Source: Eledone cirrhosa
Lineage: Eukaryota
Assembly: GCA_964016885.1 (NCBI GenBank)
Contig: OZ024742.1
Span: forward strand, 229,400,001-229,464,000
DNA length: 64,000 bases
Direction of reading: 5' to 3'
In this document: positions 1 through 14,608 of the stretch, piece after piece
Position numbering within the stretch: the first letter of the stretch is position 1
Layout of the letters: the number at the start of each line of letters is the position of its first letter
Notes under the pieces: generated by a model
What the model saw: only the letters and a program-made list of their open reading frames with translations
The model's database searches: none
What the model was told of the DNA's origin: nothing
Position numbers and translations under genes: made by a program

Positions 1-675
1 TAAGTATTTTGTAATTGTTTTTATTTGCCCGCGGAAAATTAAACATATGTACTGCGGGAATTGCAAATTCGTTACCTCGGATAGAGGAACTTGAACTCGC
101 GGGATTCACCCTTCCAGGTAGCTAACTCCGTCTGAATCGCAGTAAATAGGGAGGCGATTCTGAGATCCAGGATGCCACAAGATTCCACCACGATAGTTTC
201 AAAGATAAGCCTTTAAAAGAACATGACTTACTTCAAAACTTGAGGTCACCAACCTGTCTGGCTATGAGGATTTGGGTTGTCTCTGAATTCACGAAGTAGA
301 AAGTATCGCTACATGTCGGACACCACACAACGGACTAAGCAGCACAGAATTGAACGATTGTACGGAAATATGACCTATTCCCTTCCTCTGATCTAACCAA
401 ACACTGATACAGCTACAATAAAAAAGGCAGCTACCTCCAAGCCGCACGTAACGACATCAGTATGATCGTGGCACGAATGCAACAGGCGTCAGATATACGT
501 GGTCTCAGAGGGCAAATGTTAACACACGCTTCAAATCGTCAACTCATGCCAGGCGACCGGCATAGGGCTAGCTAGACAGCGATATACGCACATATATATA
601 TATATACACACACATACACACACACACAAACACACATTCACACTCAGACACACAAATATATGTGTATATGTATGC

Positions 676-1267
<592 letters not shown>

Positions 1268-1371
1268 AATTGAGGTTGGTAATGGCACATGGAATATATA
1301 AGAGACAGAATACTTTTTTGTGAAAAAACATATAATTTTATAAGGTAAGGAAATAATAAAGGGTATAAAAA

Positions 1372-1413
1372 ATGACCGGTTTCGATGGGCCTGCAAAAGC
1401 CATCTTTTCAAAT
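1372..1413 (-). ncRNA. Minimal hammerhead-like motif (variant core) in left pLTR
   Basis: Minus strand TTGAAAA-GATGGC ttttgcag GCCCATC-GAAA-CCGG-TC, with palindromic CCGG loop III and weak stem I. Confidence 0.55.
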
Positions 1414-1782
1414 GTTGATTAATATTAAGAAAAATTAATAATAAGAAGAGTTAAAATTTGAGATTTGAAAATTCAAGTATAAAATTCATTGTGGGATTTC
1501 ATAGTAGTTTTCATCTTGGTAGCAGCTCGTTGACTGCTGTGTGCCTTTCTGGTAGTGAATGAGATGTTATTTGGGGGTGTGGGTTATTTTATAAAGGTCA
1601 AATTTAGCAATGGCCAGATGGCCAGCTGCTGGTCAGTGAGGGGGTGGAAGCAATATACATACATATATCTTCCTGTGCTCGGTAGGAGAGGGGAGATTTA
1701 TAGAAACGGATTTAGTGCACTTACACCTATATATACACACATACCTTCATCCACACATACATACATATACAGATACATACAC

Positions 1783-1821
<39 letters not shown>

Positions 1822-1950
1822 CACACATACATACACACACACATACATATACATACACACATACACACACACATATATGTACATACACACACATATATAC
1901 ACACACACACATATATATACATACACATACATCCAGATGCACACATACAT

Positions 1951-1982
<32 letters not shown>

Positions 1983-2044
1983 GTGTACATACACATATAT
2001 ACACACATATACATACACATATATATACACACACCCACACACAC

Positions 2045-3126
2045 CTCAAAGCCAATTGGAAAAGATATCTAGACGACTGCTTTATCCTATGGCAAGAAGA
2101 CATGAACTCACTTACTATGTTTAAAAACATGATAAACAACATAGATAATAACATACAATTCACAATGGAATCCAATCCCAAGGAATTAGCCTTCTTGGAT
2201 ATTCTCATCTCTGTAATAGACGGGAAATTAGATACAGATATATTCTATAAACCCACAGATTCCAAGCAATACCTCTTTTTCACATCAAGTCACCCAAAAC
2301 ATACAAAACTTAACATTCCTTACAATTTGGCCAAACGTATATGTACCATAGTATCAGATCCACCTAAACGGGAGCAAAGACTAAAGGAACTAAAAGACAC
2401 CCTAATCTTAAGAGCCTTTCCACTTGAAATAATCAACAATGGAATAGACAGGGCAAAACACCTAAATCCCCATCAACTTAACAATCCAAAACAGAAAACC
2501 ACACTCAACACCCTGCCATATGTATCCACTTTCAACCCCAGAAATACCGAAATGTTTGATCACCTACACAAAAACTCCCCATCCTACTTAAAGATGTAAA
2601 AATGAAGTCTATTCTTGAAACACACAAGATCCTTAAAAGTAAAAGACAACCCAAATCACTAAAACGCATTCTCACTGGACCAAATATACCCAAACCGATC
2701 CTCAACCCTACAGTTACTAAATGTGGTAGAACAAACTGTGGAACGTGCCTCTACCTCACTGAAGGACACAAATTTACATTTAAAGATGGCCAAACATTTA
2801 GAGTAAAAAACAATTTCACCTGCAACTCGGAGAACTTGATTTACGTAATAACTTGCGGTGGGTGCAAACACAACTACATAGGACAGACGGGCACCTCATT
2901 ACGCAAAAGAATGACCATCCACCGCCAACAAATCCGGGACGCTAGCACAAGAAAAATCCCCTTGAGCAGCCATATTGCGAACTGCGCAGGAATGACACTA
3001 CCCAACTTTAAAATCTTCCCCTTCTAAAAGTGCTCAGATTCGTTCACACAGCAACAAAGAATAAACAAAGAAAATCTATTCCTTAACAAATTTAAACCAA
3101 AACTAAACGGGTTATCACCCCAATAG
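2045..3126 (+). pseudogene. PLE RT C-terminus/thumb + Cys linker + GIY-YIG endonuclease (frameshift ~2597, in-frame stop 3025-3027)
   Basis: WKRYLDDCF, FLDI, YKPTDSKQYLFFTSSHPKH; CGRTNCGTC linker; LIYVITCGGCKHNYIGQT..LRKRMTIHR. Frame continues past the stop as KCSDSFTQQQRINKENLFLNKFKPKLN. Confidence 0.9.
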
Positions 3127-3566
3127 AATTGTCATAAAATATAAACACACATACGCACGGAGTGACAGATATATGTGTTTGTATGTGTGCATGTATATAA
3201 TTATCACTACTATTAAAGACCAGAGACCAATTCTGTAGAATCAGGTTTATTCGTTGACAGACCATGCCTTTGTGTGACCAACACATCCATGTTAAACCCT
3301 GCACGTGCACACACATATATCTATATATATATGCGCACACAGAATTCACCACTGTCGGTTGCGGGACCCAATCTACATGAAGAACTCAATGTGATCAGAA
3401 TGACTTGTATTTTAATTTCACTGCCCTAACTTCTTATATTATAGAAAAAATATATGTGTATGTATGTATATATATATATTTGGAGGCCATTTCTCTGTGT
3501 GTGGGTGTATGTATGTGTATATATGTGTGTGTGTGTGTATGTGTGTGCATGTGGATGTATGTATTG

Positions 3567-3604
<38 letters not shown>

Positions 3605-3626
3605 TATCTGGATGTATGCGTATGTG

Positions 3627-3667
<41 letters not shown>

Positions 3668-4180
3668 GTGTATCTGGATGTATGTGTATGTATATATATG
3701 TGTGTGTGTGTATATATATATATATGTGTGTATGTGCATATATGTGTGTGTGTATGTGTGTATGTATATGTATGTGTGTGTGTATGTATGTGTGTGTATA
3801 TGTATATATATATATATGTGTATGTATATGTATGTATGTGTGGATGAAGGTATGTGTGTATATATAGGTGTAAGTGCACTAAATCCCTTTCTATCAATCT
3901 CCCCTCTCCTACCGAGCACAGGAAGATATATGTATGTATATTGCTTCCACCCCCTCACTGACCAGCAGCTGGCCATCTGGCCATTGCTAAATTTGACCTT
4001 TATAAAATAACCCACACCCCCAAATAACTTCTCATTCACTACCAGAAAGGCACACATCAGTCAACGAGCTGCTACCAAGATGAAAACTACTATGAAATCC
4101 CACAATGAATTTTATACTCGAATTTTCAAATCTCAAATTTTAACTCTTCTTATTACTAATTTTTCTTAATATTAATCAAC

Positions 4181-4222
4181 ATTTGAAAAGATGGCTTTTG
4201 CAGACCCAGCGAAACCGGTCAT
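4181..4222 (+). ncRNA. Minimal hammerhead-like motif (variant core) in right pLTR
   Basis: ATTTGAAAAGATGGCTTTTGCAGACCCAGCGAAACCGGTCAT; mirror of 1372-1413 with two stem II mutations. Confidence 0.45.
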
Positions 4223-4572
4223 TTTTTATACCCTTTATTATTTCCTTACCTTATAAAATTATATGTTTTTTCACAAAAAAGTATTCTGTCTCTTATATAT
4301 TCCATGTGCCATTACCAACCTCAATTTTCTCTATAACCTTCGTTTTGTGTAGTAAATTACACTTTTCATATATATATATATATATATACATATATATATA
4401 CACACATATATATATATATAATATAATATATGTAGTAATAAACACAGTAAATCATGTGTCTAAAATTACGAGGGTTGAAATACCACATTTGTTTGAGAGA
4501 TTTAACCAGAAGCAAACTGAATATACATAAAATAAAATAAAATATATACAGACCGCTTAAATAACTATTACA

Positions 4573-4658
4573 TCTCCCGGACAGATTAGGGATTTAATCT
4601 GTTTCGCCCTGAGAATTGTGTTTGTCACAGATAATCCGTGGCCATCATCAGCGAGAGA
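4573..4658 (-). ncRNA. Type I hammerhead ribozyme with long stem III
   Basis: Minus: TCTCTCG-CTGATGA-(tg)GCC..CACGGAT/ATCTGTG..GGC-GAAA-CAGATTA aatccc TAATCTG-TC-CGGGAGA. Stem I 7 bp, GUC site. Confidence 0.8.
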
Positions 4659-4903
4659 ATTAGATTACATGTAACAAACACCTAAAGCTAATAGACACAC
4701 TAATGAATATTTCACCTCGTGCGCTAGAAGTCAAAAGTCGTGTGAGTGGATCGGCTAGAAACAATAGCCTTAATATACCCAACTTATAAGCTCACCTCGT
4801 TAGGGAGCCGAAATACAAATAAAAGGCAGAGTTAATAATTAATACTGATACCCTGTAATTAATAAGCTCAAAGTATAAATACTGAGCATTATAATAATAT
4901 ATG

Positions 4904-5087
4904 GGCGGTGGATTGGCAGTATCGGTAGAGGGTCGGACGCCATGCTTTCCAGCATAGTTACGTCCCTTTACGATCTGAGTTCAAATCCCGCCGAGGTTGA
5001 CTTTGCCTTTCATCCTTACGGGGTCGATAAAATAAAGTACCAGTAATGCACTGGGTAATTGCTGGCCTTGTGCTTAATGTAGAAACA
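4904..5087 (+). mobile_element. tRNA-derived SINE (octopus-type family) with 16-bp TSD
   Basis: A-box TGGCAGTATCGG, B-box GAGTTCAAATCC, conserved GGGGTCGATAAAATAAAGTACCAGT. TSD ATTATAATAATATATG at 4888-4903 and 5088-5103. Confidence 0.85.
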
Positions 5088-5451
5088 ATTATAATAATAT
5101 ATGTAGTAATAAACACAGTAAATCATGTGTCTAAAATTACGAGGCTTGAAATATCACATTTGTTTGAGCGATTTAACCAGAAGCAATCTGAATATACATA
5201 AAATAAAATAATATATATATATATATATATATATATTTATTAGGAGTCTAATGTTGTCATCAATAGGATATATCTAGAATGATTCAATCAATATTCAATG
5301 ACAATCGGAATGAATTCATTGTCTAAGATCAGAAACAATTAATTAGGTCTTGAAAGGGGTGTGTGAAAAAATACAATGTGTGGAGATCGAACAGAAAAGA
5401 AAAAAAAAACTAATATTCTGTTTATTGTTTATTCTGGAATCATTAATTTAC

Positions 5452-5499
<48 letters not shown>

Positions 5500-6204
5500 T
5501 ATATATATCATATATATCATATCATATTAATCATATATGTATTAAATATTTAATAATTTAACTCGACCATTATCTACTCATCTTTACTTCTAATTTTTCT
5601 TTTTCATCGAAGGGCTCCACTGCTGCCGACGCCGGGGGGAGGACAACAACCAACACCAGCACCGGCAAAACCACCAGCAACAACACCAATAGAGAGACCA
5701 CCACCAACATTGACCACCCAGTGGGGAAACAAGGAAAGTTGTCACCCCCCCCCCCCAAAAAAAAAAAATACAGACGTCAATAAAAACATAATCACACACT
5801 CAGACACACTTACACTTACAGACACAGATCCCTCATCTACCAGTAGTGAATATGAGGGAAAACCAAAATTCCCCAAAATACAAAAAAGGAAACACAAAAA
5901 GAAAAAAAAAACTCAACAAAGCACAAAATCACCCACAGCAAAAAAGCAGACACCACCCACGCAAACATCTCCCCAATAACACCAACATCAACACCACCAT
6001 CACCATCACCATCACCAGAATCCCCCAAACGCAAACAACCTAAACAGACGCAAGAACAAATATACACACAAACATCTGAAACCACAGACACCGCACTCAC
6101 AACGAACACAGACACAACCGAAACAACACCATCTAAACCATCACCACCACAGCCACGCAAACAAATAGAATCACACCAATAAAATCACACCAATAAAACA
6201 TACA

Positions 6205-8572
6205 CAACCTCGTGCTCGTCAGGAGGGCCAACAAGGAACTGATGGCCCTCGTAGCACGAAGTGAAGATATACAAAAAGATGGGGACATTTTTAAATCGAG
6301 CACATTTCGCGTGCCGGAAGGTTTGGTTCTGGTGCGAATGTCGCTCGATTTATACAAAGAAATACGAGACAGCTTTCCTCGGGACGTGGGAACCCCGAAC
6401 GTAAAACCCACTTCAAGACTTTTAAAGGGGTTCCCAAAAGAAACCCCACCAACTATTGAGGTCGAACAACCCGACCTTCACAAGATCCCGGAAGGTAAGT
6501 AAACCTTTCCTCTGATTCTTTTAACCTGCCAACTGGCCGTATTAAGAGTAGGAAGTTTAAATGTTCGAGGCCTGGGATCGTTCTGGAAGCAGGGTCCCCT
6601 GCTCAACGAACTCGGGTCTCCAGAAATGGATGTAATTGCAGTCAGCGAGACTAGGGTTTTCCGACACGCGCGCACTAGCCCCCATTTTCGACGACTATCA
6701 GATCTTTGCATCTGTTAGCCGGCCGGGAATGGGAGGCGGGGTGGCAGTGCTGTTTAGGAAAGGCCTGGATCTCGAGGTAAGGTCGATCTTCCGGGACCCG
6801 GACGGGAAGTTGGTGGTCCTGGACGTGAATAATAACGAAGGTGGTGCCTTTAGAATGGTGGCCGTCTATGCCCCTACTGGGGCAGGACGGCCTGACTTCT
6901 TTAGACGCCTGGAAGCCTTTCTGGGTACGTCTCGCCCTTTACTGTTAGCGGGGGACTGGAACGGCATCTTAGACGCACGCTGGGACGCACGCTGTCTGAC
7001 AGGTACCGACTAGATTTCCCTAATGCGTCAGTGTGGACCTGGACCAACCGCATAGGGTCATCTAGATCGTATATAGACAGGATATTCATTAGGAAAATAG
7101 ACAGAAATAGTGTAGGCTGTCCACGTTTTAAAACGATCGCCTATTCAGATCACAAGTTTGTGATCTGTATGGGCGACCTAGATAAGATGCGTAGGTTAGG
7201 ACCTGGTTACTAGAAGCTAAACATGTCATTTCCGGCACGTAAGGCTTACAGGGACCAGGTCAACAATTTAGTTAAGAAAAAGTTGACAGGGGTAGTCGTC
7301 AACAATAGATGGTGGGGGGCTCTCAAAAGAGAGATTAGAGTAATGTCGATAGAGTTTAGCAAAGAAGTACCATTAGAGAAAAATAGAAAGGAGGTGGAGT
7401 TGGTAGATAAGTTAGACGAGGCTATTGGTAGTGGCATTGCAACTGATATGGTAGTGGCGAGAATGGCATTAGACGATTTCTTCAATGCGAAACACGAAGG
7501 TTGCATTGTCAGTGTTAAGGCCCGTGCTCTGAGCAACGAGGGACCCAAAGCTGTTCGATGGGCCCGCATGGCAGAGGCGCAGCTTGGTAATAAAACCACG
7601 ATTCGGTCTTTGACGGACGAAGACGGACACGAGCTGAGCGATTCCAAGCTGATGTGTGAGGCCTTTCGCCAATATTTTGCTCCGTTGTTCGGGGTAAGTG
7701 GCGGGGCGGAGACGGTGGCGGACTTCAGTCCCTACCTCGATGGCTTGCCGCAACTCTCGACAGCTGACGCTGGGCGCTGCGAAAGGCCAATTACTTCAGC
7801 CGAGATTCAGGATGCCCTTGTCGGCTGCATGAGGCGCAAGTCACCCGGTTTGGATGGTCTGCCCTACGAGCTTTACGTAAATATGCCAGACTTGTTCTAC
7901 AATCTCCTCGAAGCCCTCTACTGCAACTGGCAGCAAAACGGGAGTATTCCCAGTTCTGCGAGCCGGGGCGTAGTGACGCTGATAAGGAAAGACGAGAATA
8001 AGAGGGACATATTAGACAATTTCAGGCCCATAACTCTGCTCAACACAGAGTTTCAGATTTTGGCCAGGATGTAAGCGAAGAGGTTGGCGCTTGTCGTCGG
8101 GCATTTGGTTGGGGAGGCGCAAACTTGCGCAATCCCAACCAGGTCCATACACGACAACCTCCACCTAATGCGATACATCATAGAGAGGGTAGGGTGTAAA
8201 CCTGGCTTCGGTGGGGCTCTGATCAATTTAGATCAATCGAAAGCATTCGATAGGATCGACCATCGGTACCTGGAGGCTGTCTTCAAGGCGGCTGGCTTCG
8301 GCCCTGTCTTCAGAAGCTGGATCGCTGCAATGCGATGGTCGTCAAAATGTATGGCCACCTCTCGGAACCGTTTCAGATCTCCCGATCGGTCCGACAAGTG
8401 TCCGTCTCTCTTCTCTTATGTACGTATTGACTCTCGAGCCTTTACTGCGGAAGCTGGAGCTGTTGCAGGGCATTCCGCTCGAACCGGGACGCGGAAACGC
8501 TGTGTCGCCTTATGCGGACGACATCACCGTCTATTGTCCTCTATATGTCGGCCCTTGTGGCCAATAAATGAA

Positions 8573-8575
<3 letters not shown>
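6205..8575 (+). mobile_element. Degenerate Tx1/L1-clade non-LTR retrotransposon (possible ORF1 piece, APE endonuclease, RT; internally deleted)
   Basis: RVGSLNVRGL, VAVYAP, LLAGDWN, SYIDRIF, YSDHK (APE); KSPGLDGLPYELY, NFRPITLLN, LDQSKAFDRI (RT); stops and frameshifts; 3' end GTGGCCAATAAATGAA(ATT)n. Clearly homologous to 33497-35686. Confidence 0.88.
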
Positions 8576-8607
<32 letters not shown>

Positions 8608-9873
8608 TTATATATATATATATATGCATAGATATTTACGCATGTATACATGTATGATAACACACACACACACAAACATTCTACCTTCGTCGTATCCTTC
8701 TTTTTTCATCTCACATACCTAGACGTAACACATCACTTCTCGTACAGTCAACTTATCCATACACTCATAACATGCATGATATATATATATATACTGTTCT
8801 TTTTCTCTCTATATTTCTCATGACCCGCACTTTCTCTACCCATACATAATGTAGGAATACAGTTTCCATTCCACGTTTCAATACTATCATCTGGAACTAA
8901 TTTTCGCATTTAATGTTTCTAATATAGACCGTAAGTTAATATAATGTCCGATAATAAACGTATATAAAAATATTTCCTACTCTAATAAAAGTAAAGTTCA
9001 AAATGGCGCACTGATTATTTGGCTTGTGTAGGAAATAGGAATAAAAAGTAAAAGGTAGAAGCATTATATTCCTCCTTTACAATTTACTAGTTATTTGAAA
9101 ATTAGCTGTCAGCTGTCATGGAGAGTGAAAACACTGCCAGTAAGAGAAAGCAAAGCAAAACAACAACAACTAAGTAAATAAAGCAGAAAAAAATGATAGA
9201 TTTAACAATAAAGGACCAATCAGTGTTGTAGGTGTTGATCTTTGGGTTTAGCTTGAAGGCTTAATAAAATTCCTATTTGAATATAAATTATATGTTACCA
9301 GCTGCCAACTAATAACATAGAAAATAAGAATATTGGTATTTGTTGTACAAATCTTGGTATCGTGTTTAGAATAAAAGAATAGAGACTCCATCACCTAGTT
9401 TCGATTTCCTGTCAGGAGTTACTTTATATACTTAAAGAATTGCTCTTTGAAAAAGCATGAACGTTACAATTTCCCATTATTTAATTTCTCAATAAATATG
9501 TTTCTTTTAGAATCTAATGATTCGGGTGTCTATACAATGATGCATCTCTGATTACATTTGTGCGCAGTGGAGCGGATTGCTTAGAAGCATATAAATAAAA
9601 TTTGGGTCAATTTTCATGAACAATGTTTAGACATTTTGGTAGTGAAAACAGAAAATTTGTTTAAAATTTTACCAAAATTATTTAATTTGTAGTAAAATAA
9701 CAGAGACGTTACACACCAGAGTCTTTGTCAGTATTTGTTACAGATATCTGTTCACTATGTTCAAAACCAGCCATGGTCAAATATGCCCTTCATTCATTCG
9801 GGGTTAAGAAGTAATGAAACCTGTTTACGTGTGGCGGATGGGTTCGCTTCGCGATCCAGTATAATGTCGTACG

Positions 9874-9911
<38 letters not shown>

Positions 9912-9945
9912 CGTACGACATACATACATAAACACACACACACAC

Positions 9946-9976
<31 letters not shown>

Positions 9977-9978
9977 CA

Positions 9979-10120
<142 letters not shown>

Positions 10121-10274
10121 TAAGATGTATGGTAGGTCGTATGTGAATCGCGATGATCACGTCTGACTTACCAAATATGTGACGGTAGCTAGTTAAGCTC
10201 TATGCGTATACGCAGAGCAGAAATATTAGTGAAAAAGAACAAAGGAACTATTATGACATTATAACAAGTTTATT

Positions 10275-10319
10275 GCCGACAGCCGTTTCGTCCGACCCCA
10301 TGGTGGGACTTATCAAGGC
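10275..10319 (-). ncRNA. Minimal type I hammerhead (variant core UUGAUAA)
   Basis: GCC-TTGATAA-GTCC caccatggggtc GGAC-GAAAC ggct GTC-GGC, then AATAAA. Confidence 0.75.
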
Positions 10320-12690
10320 ATATAACATGTGATTGCAAGATCATTGTTTACATCAACGTATCACTCAAGGCTAGCAGTTTGAAATTGTTGTATACATCAG
10401 CAACTCCGCTTTAAGGGGGGCTCTTTTATATTAGTTGTCGGGGTCAGGGATTGAAGTTTAAAAATTAGACAAAAATATATAATTCACGCATCAACATTAA
10501 ACCAAAAGACTTGGGGTCCCGTAGAAGCACCTCAGAAAATCCCTCAATGAGTGCATAAAGCTTACAGGCTCCAATACACCTATTAGTCTAGAAGAAAATT
10601 AAGAGGCTAATAAAATAAGAAAATAAAAATATAAAGTTTCCCTAAAAAATATATAGAGTTCCTATGAAATTTCTTCTAGAGAAAAAAAATTTTTTCCGAA
10701 AGAAAAAAACCTTCTTCCCCCGAGATCACGTTTACAAAATTCAGAAAACTGAATTGAAAACTAGGTTGAAAGAAACTAATCAATTAGAGGTTAATTCAGA
10801 GAGCCTTCCATAAATCTCTCAGAAAAGGCCCCTTTACTATTTCCAATAGGAACTTCTTCCGAGAGACCCTTCGAAGAATTAAAATTTTAGAGAGCCTTTG
10901 AGGATAAATATAAAAACGAATTGAGGAAAATTATACATTAAAAGTTAAAAATTAAAAATTACGGTATTTGGGATATCCGAGGAATTTCCAAAGGGCTGCT
11001 TCAACAGATACAACTTAGGCATAATAGGTACAATAATCTAAGCAATTTAAGCAATTTAATTAGGGAGCAATTCAAGGAGTTTATCAAGTTGGGCAAGATT
11101 AAAGAAAGTGGTAACTAAGAAAATACATAAGCAAAAAGACAATAATCATAAAATGTATCTTTAAGAAGGTACAAGGTAGCTTCAGTGATCTAACCCTGTA
11201 TTATCACAAAAAAAAACATTCTAAAATTATTGATACAGGATTAAAAATTATTACAAAATCATTACAAAATTACCACAAAATCATTACAAAATTATCAAAT
11301 TATCATAAAATTATCGCAAAATTATTACAAAATTATCATAAAATTATTACAAAAATATAACAGGATGAACATTACTGGTGACCGTGTGGGCGCGATATCC
11401 ATTCTGCCTATGCAGTCCCCTGCACAGCTCCAGGCACGATATCCACTAGGCGTAAGCAGTCATCTGCATAGCTCCAGGCACAGCTGGTCTTGTTTAAACG
11501 TTCATAGATCACCTGGGGTTCACTATTATCTGCGTGGACTCTCTGGGAGATGTACCTGTGGATCTAATAGCCAGTGGTTGCCGGATGTGGTCCGTTCGAT
11601 GCTTTAGTTTCAGGGGTTGAACGCTTTCGCGATAGACGAGCCTGCTGGTTCTAAGTCCAAGGTTTCGCCACGCATGATGTATTGGTCCACATGCTATATT
11701 GTTAAAAAACCAGTGTGGATTTGACTGGGGTGGTATATTACGAACTCCAAGTCCACACGCGACTGGTCAAAAGCGAAGGGCTGTCCTCTCTTTGTTTGCT
11801 GTATGGGTCGTTCTCAGCTTAGGTAGTGGTCGTGTTATCCATATTCCGTCAGCTCTGTATATTCAAGACAGATCAGGGTATGTATTTGCGGGTATGGTCC
11901 TGCGTCTACGTTATCCAGAGGGTCTCGCTTGTGGTATTTTCAAGTTCGCATGTCATCTCCCGGTTAAGACTGCGCATGCTTCGGTGAATCTCAAGCATGG
12001 AATCTTAGGGTATCATATTACACGGGGTGACCAGCAGAAAATATACATTCTATGCTATCGCGCACGCGCTGGCCTGTGGCTACGACCGTGTCCAGTCTCG
12101 GGTAGTAGCAGACAGCAGGTAGACCAGCTATACACACCCCTGATCAAGGGGCACAACCCCTAACTTATCGAGTGGTCAGACTTCAAGGGAGTCAACTCTC
12201 CAAGCCCATTATGTCGACCGTGGTGAAATACAAAAAAAATTCCTATTAGTAAAGAACTAATCACTGATAATAAAGAACCAGCTCAAAAGAATGGGGGGGG
12301 GCATCTATTTGGGCGGGGGTTTACTAGGGGAGGGGGTGGGGGTGAGTGGCTATAGGCAGGGAGCGGCCGCCATATTGGGTGTTTTGTTACTGTTTCCCTA
12401 GGCAGTTCTCGAGTTTGTTAACATACATCTCCGACGGCACCCTCTCAGATTAGTCAACGTGGTTCCAGGCCCTCACGATGTCCTGCATCGCAGGCATCAG
12501 CTGCCCCCAGGTTGCCCAGCAACAGTGTTGCCACCAATCCCAGGTTGGCAATTGGGACACAGGGTCGTCTGTTCCTCACCAGAGTCCCCATCGCCAATCG
12601 GGGAGCCGAGGCATCCATGTGGCCGGGGTTACCACAGAGCACCCTGTACGCCAGCGGGGCCGCCACGTGCAGGACTGGGTGGTGTCATGG

Positions 12691-13735
12691 CTATGTGTCC
12701 GGTCTGAAGAAAAGGAAAGAGCTAAGTATGGTATGGGGGCAGGACGAGAAGATTTCTGATCTCCTGTTGAGCAAGTTGAGCCCTGAGAATACTATGGCAT
12801 GAGATTCAGATAGGCACAGGCTACAACACCTGCTCAACGAGCTATATGGAGGAGCCTTAGTAAGGCATCTCCAGCTGAGTGTGTAGGGTTTTTTGTTTGT
12901 TTTAAGCTATGTATATGCCCCGCTAATGACGTGGTATTTTTAAGCTTCTCATACCGGAAGCTATGCTGGTGGGCGTTGAACCTCGTCTTGAACTCATTAG
13001 CGGTTGATCCTACGTACGTCTTAGTATACGTGCCTGTGGTTACGTTACAAGCATATACCACGTTCCCGATAAGGCAGTGTCCAGCTAGTGGGCATTTGTC
13101 CTTCCTTCTGCAATTACACTCTTTAGTAGGGACATGCCCCTCAATCCGGGGTGCATGTCCCTCCAAGCGCCGCGGGGCTGCCTAGTGGGACCGGTTCTAT
13201 TGCCTAATATCCCCCTGGGTCTTTCACTCAGTGGGTTGGTCCCGTGTTGTCGTGTGTGCTGGCGTGGTTCACTATTTCGGATGGCCTTAAGTCCCTCTTT
13301 GATCTTACTCTTATTGGTCTTAGCTAGGTGTGAGGCCAGATTAGGGGTTGTAGAGTACGATAGCTTGACAGTATTCTTATTGATGACACTACCGTACCTA
13401 CTACCGGGAGGGAAGTTCTTATCTATTAAAGAGAAAAAAGATTTGGGGAGGTCTGTAGTAACATTAGAGTTGAAGGGCGGGTTAAAGAAGGTACTATCAC
13501 GTCTTCTATTCCTTCCACTGCATTTCCTATCCCCTATGCAGTTTGCCCTCTCTTCGTCTATATTATTACTGGTTCCACCAGGTGTGGTTGCTGTACACCC
13601 AGTGGTATGTGCGTTGGTCTCAAGTCTCCTAGGCCTCTGTCCCCCGTTTTCACTGTTGGACTTGCTCGGGGCGGCATAGCGCTTACCAGGCGTGCGGGCC
13701 CTGTCCGTGTCTGCGTTGCGAGTGTTACTGTTCTT
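12691..13735 (-). pseudogene. Naiad-like PLE linker + GIY-YIG endonuclease (2 frameshifts)
   Basis: FFNPPFN, NKNTVKLSYSTTPNL, CNCRRKDKCPLAGHCL, VVYACNV..YVGST..FKTRFNAH, then CSLCLSE..LLNRRSEIFSSCPH. Confidence 0.88.
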
Positions 13736-13751
13736 ATATATACATATATAT

Positions 13752-13819
<68 letters not shown>

Positions 13820-14215
13820 GCCTTCGATTTGTATCATGCTGTGTTAATTCAATACCTAATTAAGTATTAATTAGCAACAATTCTATCGGCAGCTGTTTCA
13901 TCAGAGTTCTCCCCACTCAATAATTAAGAGAAAATTCAAATGTAATAATATATAGATTATTGGTAACCTGAATAAAGGTCGAAGTTTTCAAGCTACAAAC
14001 ATTAGAATTTCACGCACTTGCAAACCAAACACTTTATCAGAATGCCAATCTGTGCCAATTTAGATAACATTTTTAAGCCCTTGTTTTCTTTGTCTATGGC
14101 AAAGAGAGTAGACTAATGAAACCCATCATGAAATATATGTTTGTGAGTTTAAAGTTCGCTCCAAAATACACGCAAACATGGAAGCATATATACTACACAA
14201 AAGCAGCGCCCCACC

Positions 14216-14387
<172 letters not shown>

Positions 14388-14390
14388 GTA

Positions 14391-14502
<112 letters not shown>

Positions 14503-14505
14503 TAC

Positions 14506-14549
<44 letters not shown>

Positions 14550-14608
14550 TCTTTTTCTTCATTTACAAGAGTGAACCTAATAATCATTTGTCTGGTTTAT
14601 TCTTGAAT

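Larger units (their letters stand above)
4421..5212 (-). mobile_element. Retrozyme-like partial tandem repeat (~471-bp unit, ~1.25 copies) interrupted by a SINE
   Basis: 4431-4545 is repeated at 5102-5212 (offset 671, minus the 200-bp SINE+TSD). Contains an HHR and is flanked by (TA)n. Confidence 0.7.

Noticed and set aside
1-570. Unique-looking sequence at the window start
   Set aside because: No ORF or motif I can recognise; it may be a decayed TE.
8990-9020. AAAATGGCG (YY1-like) promoter signal
   Set aside because: A single short motif with no supporting gene structure.
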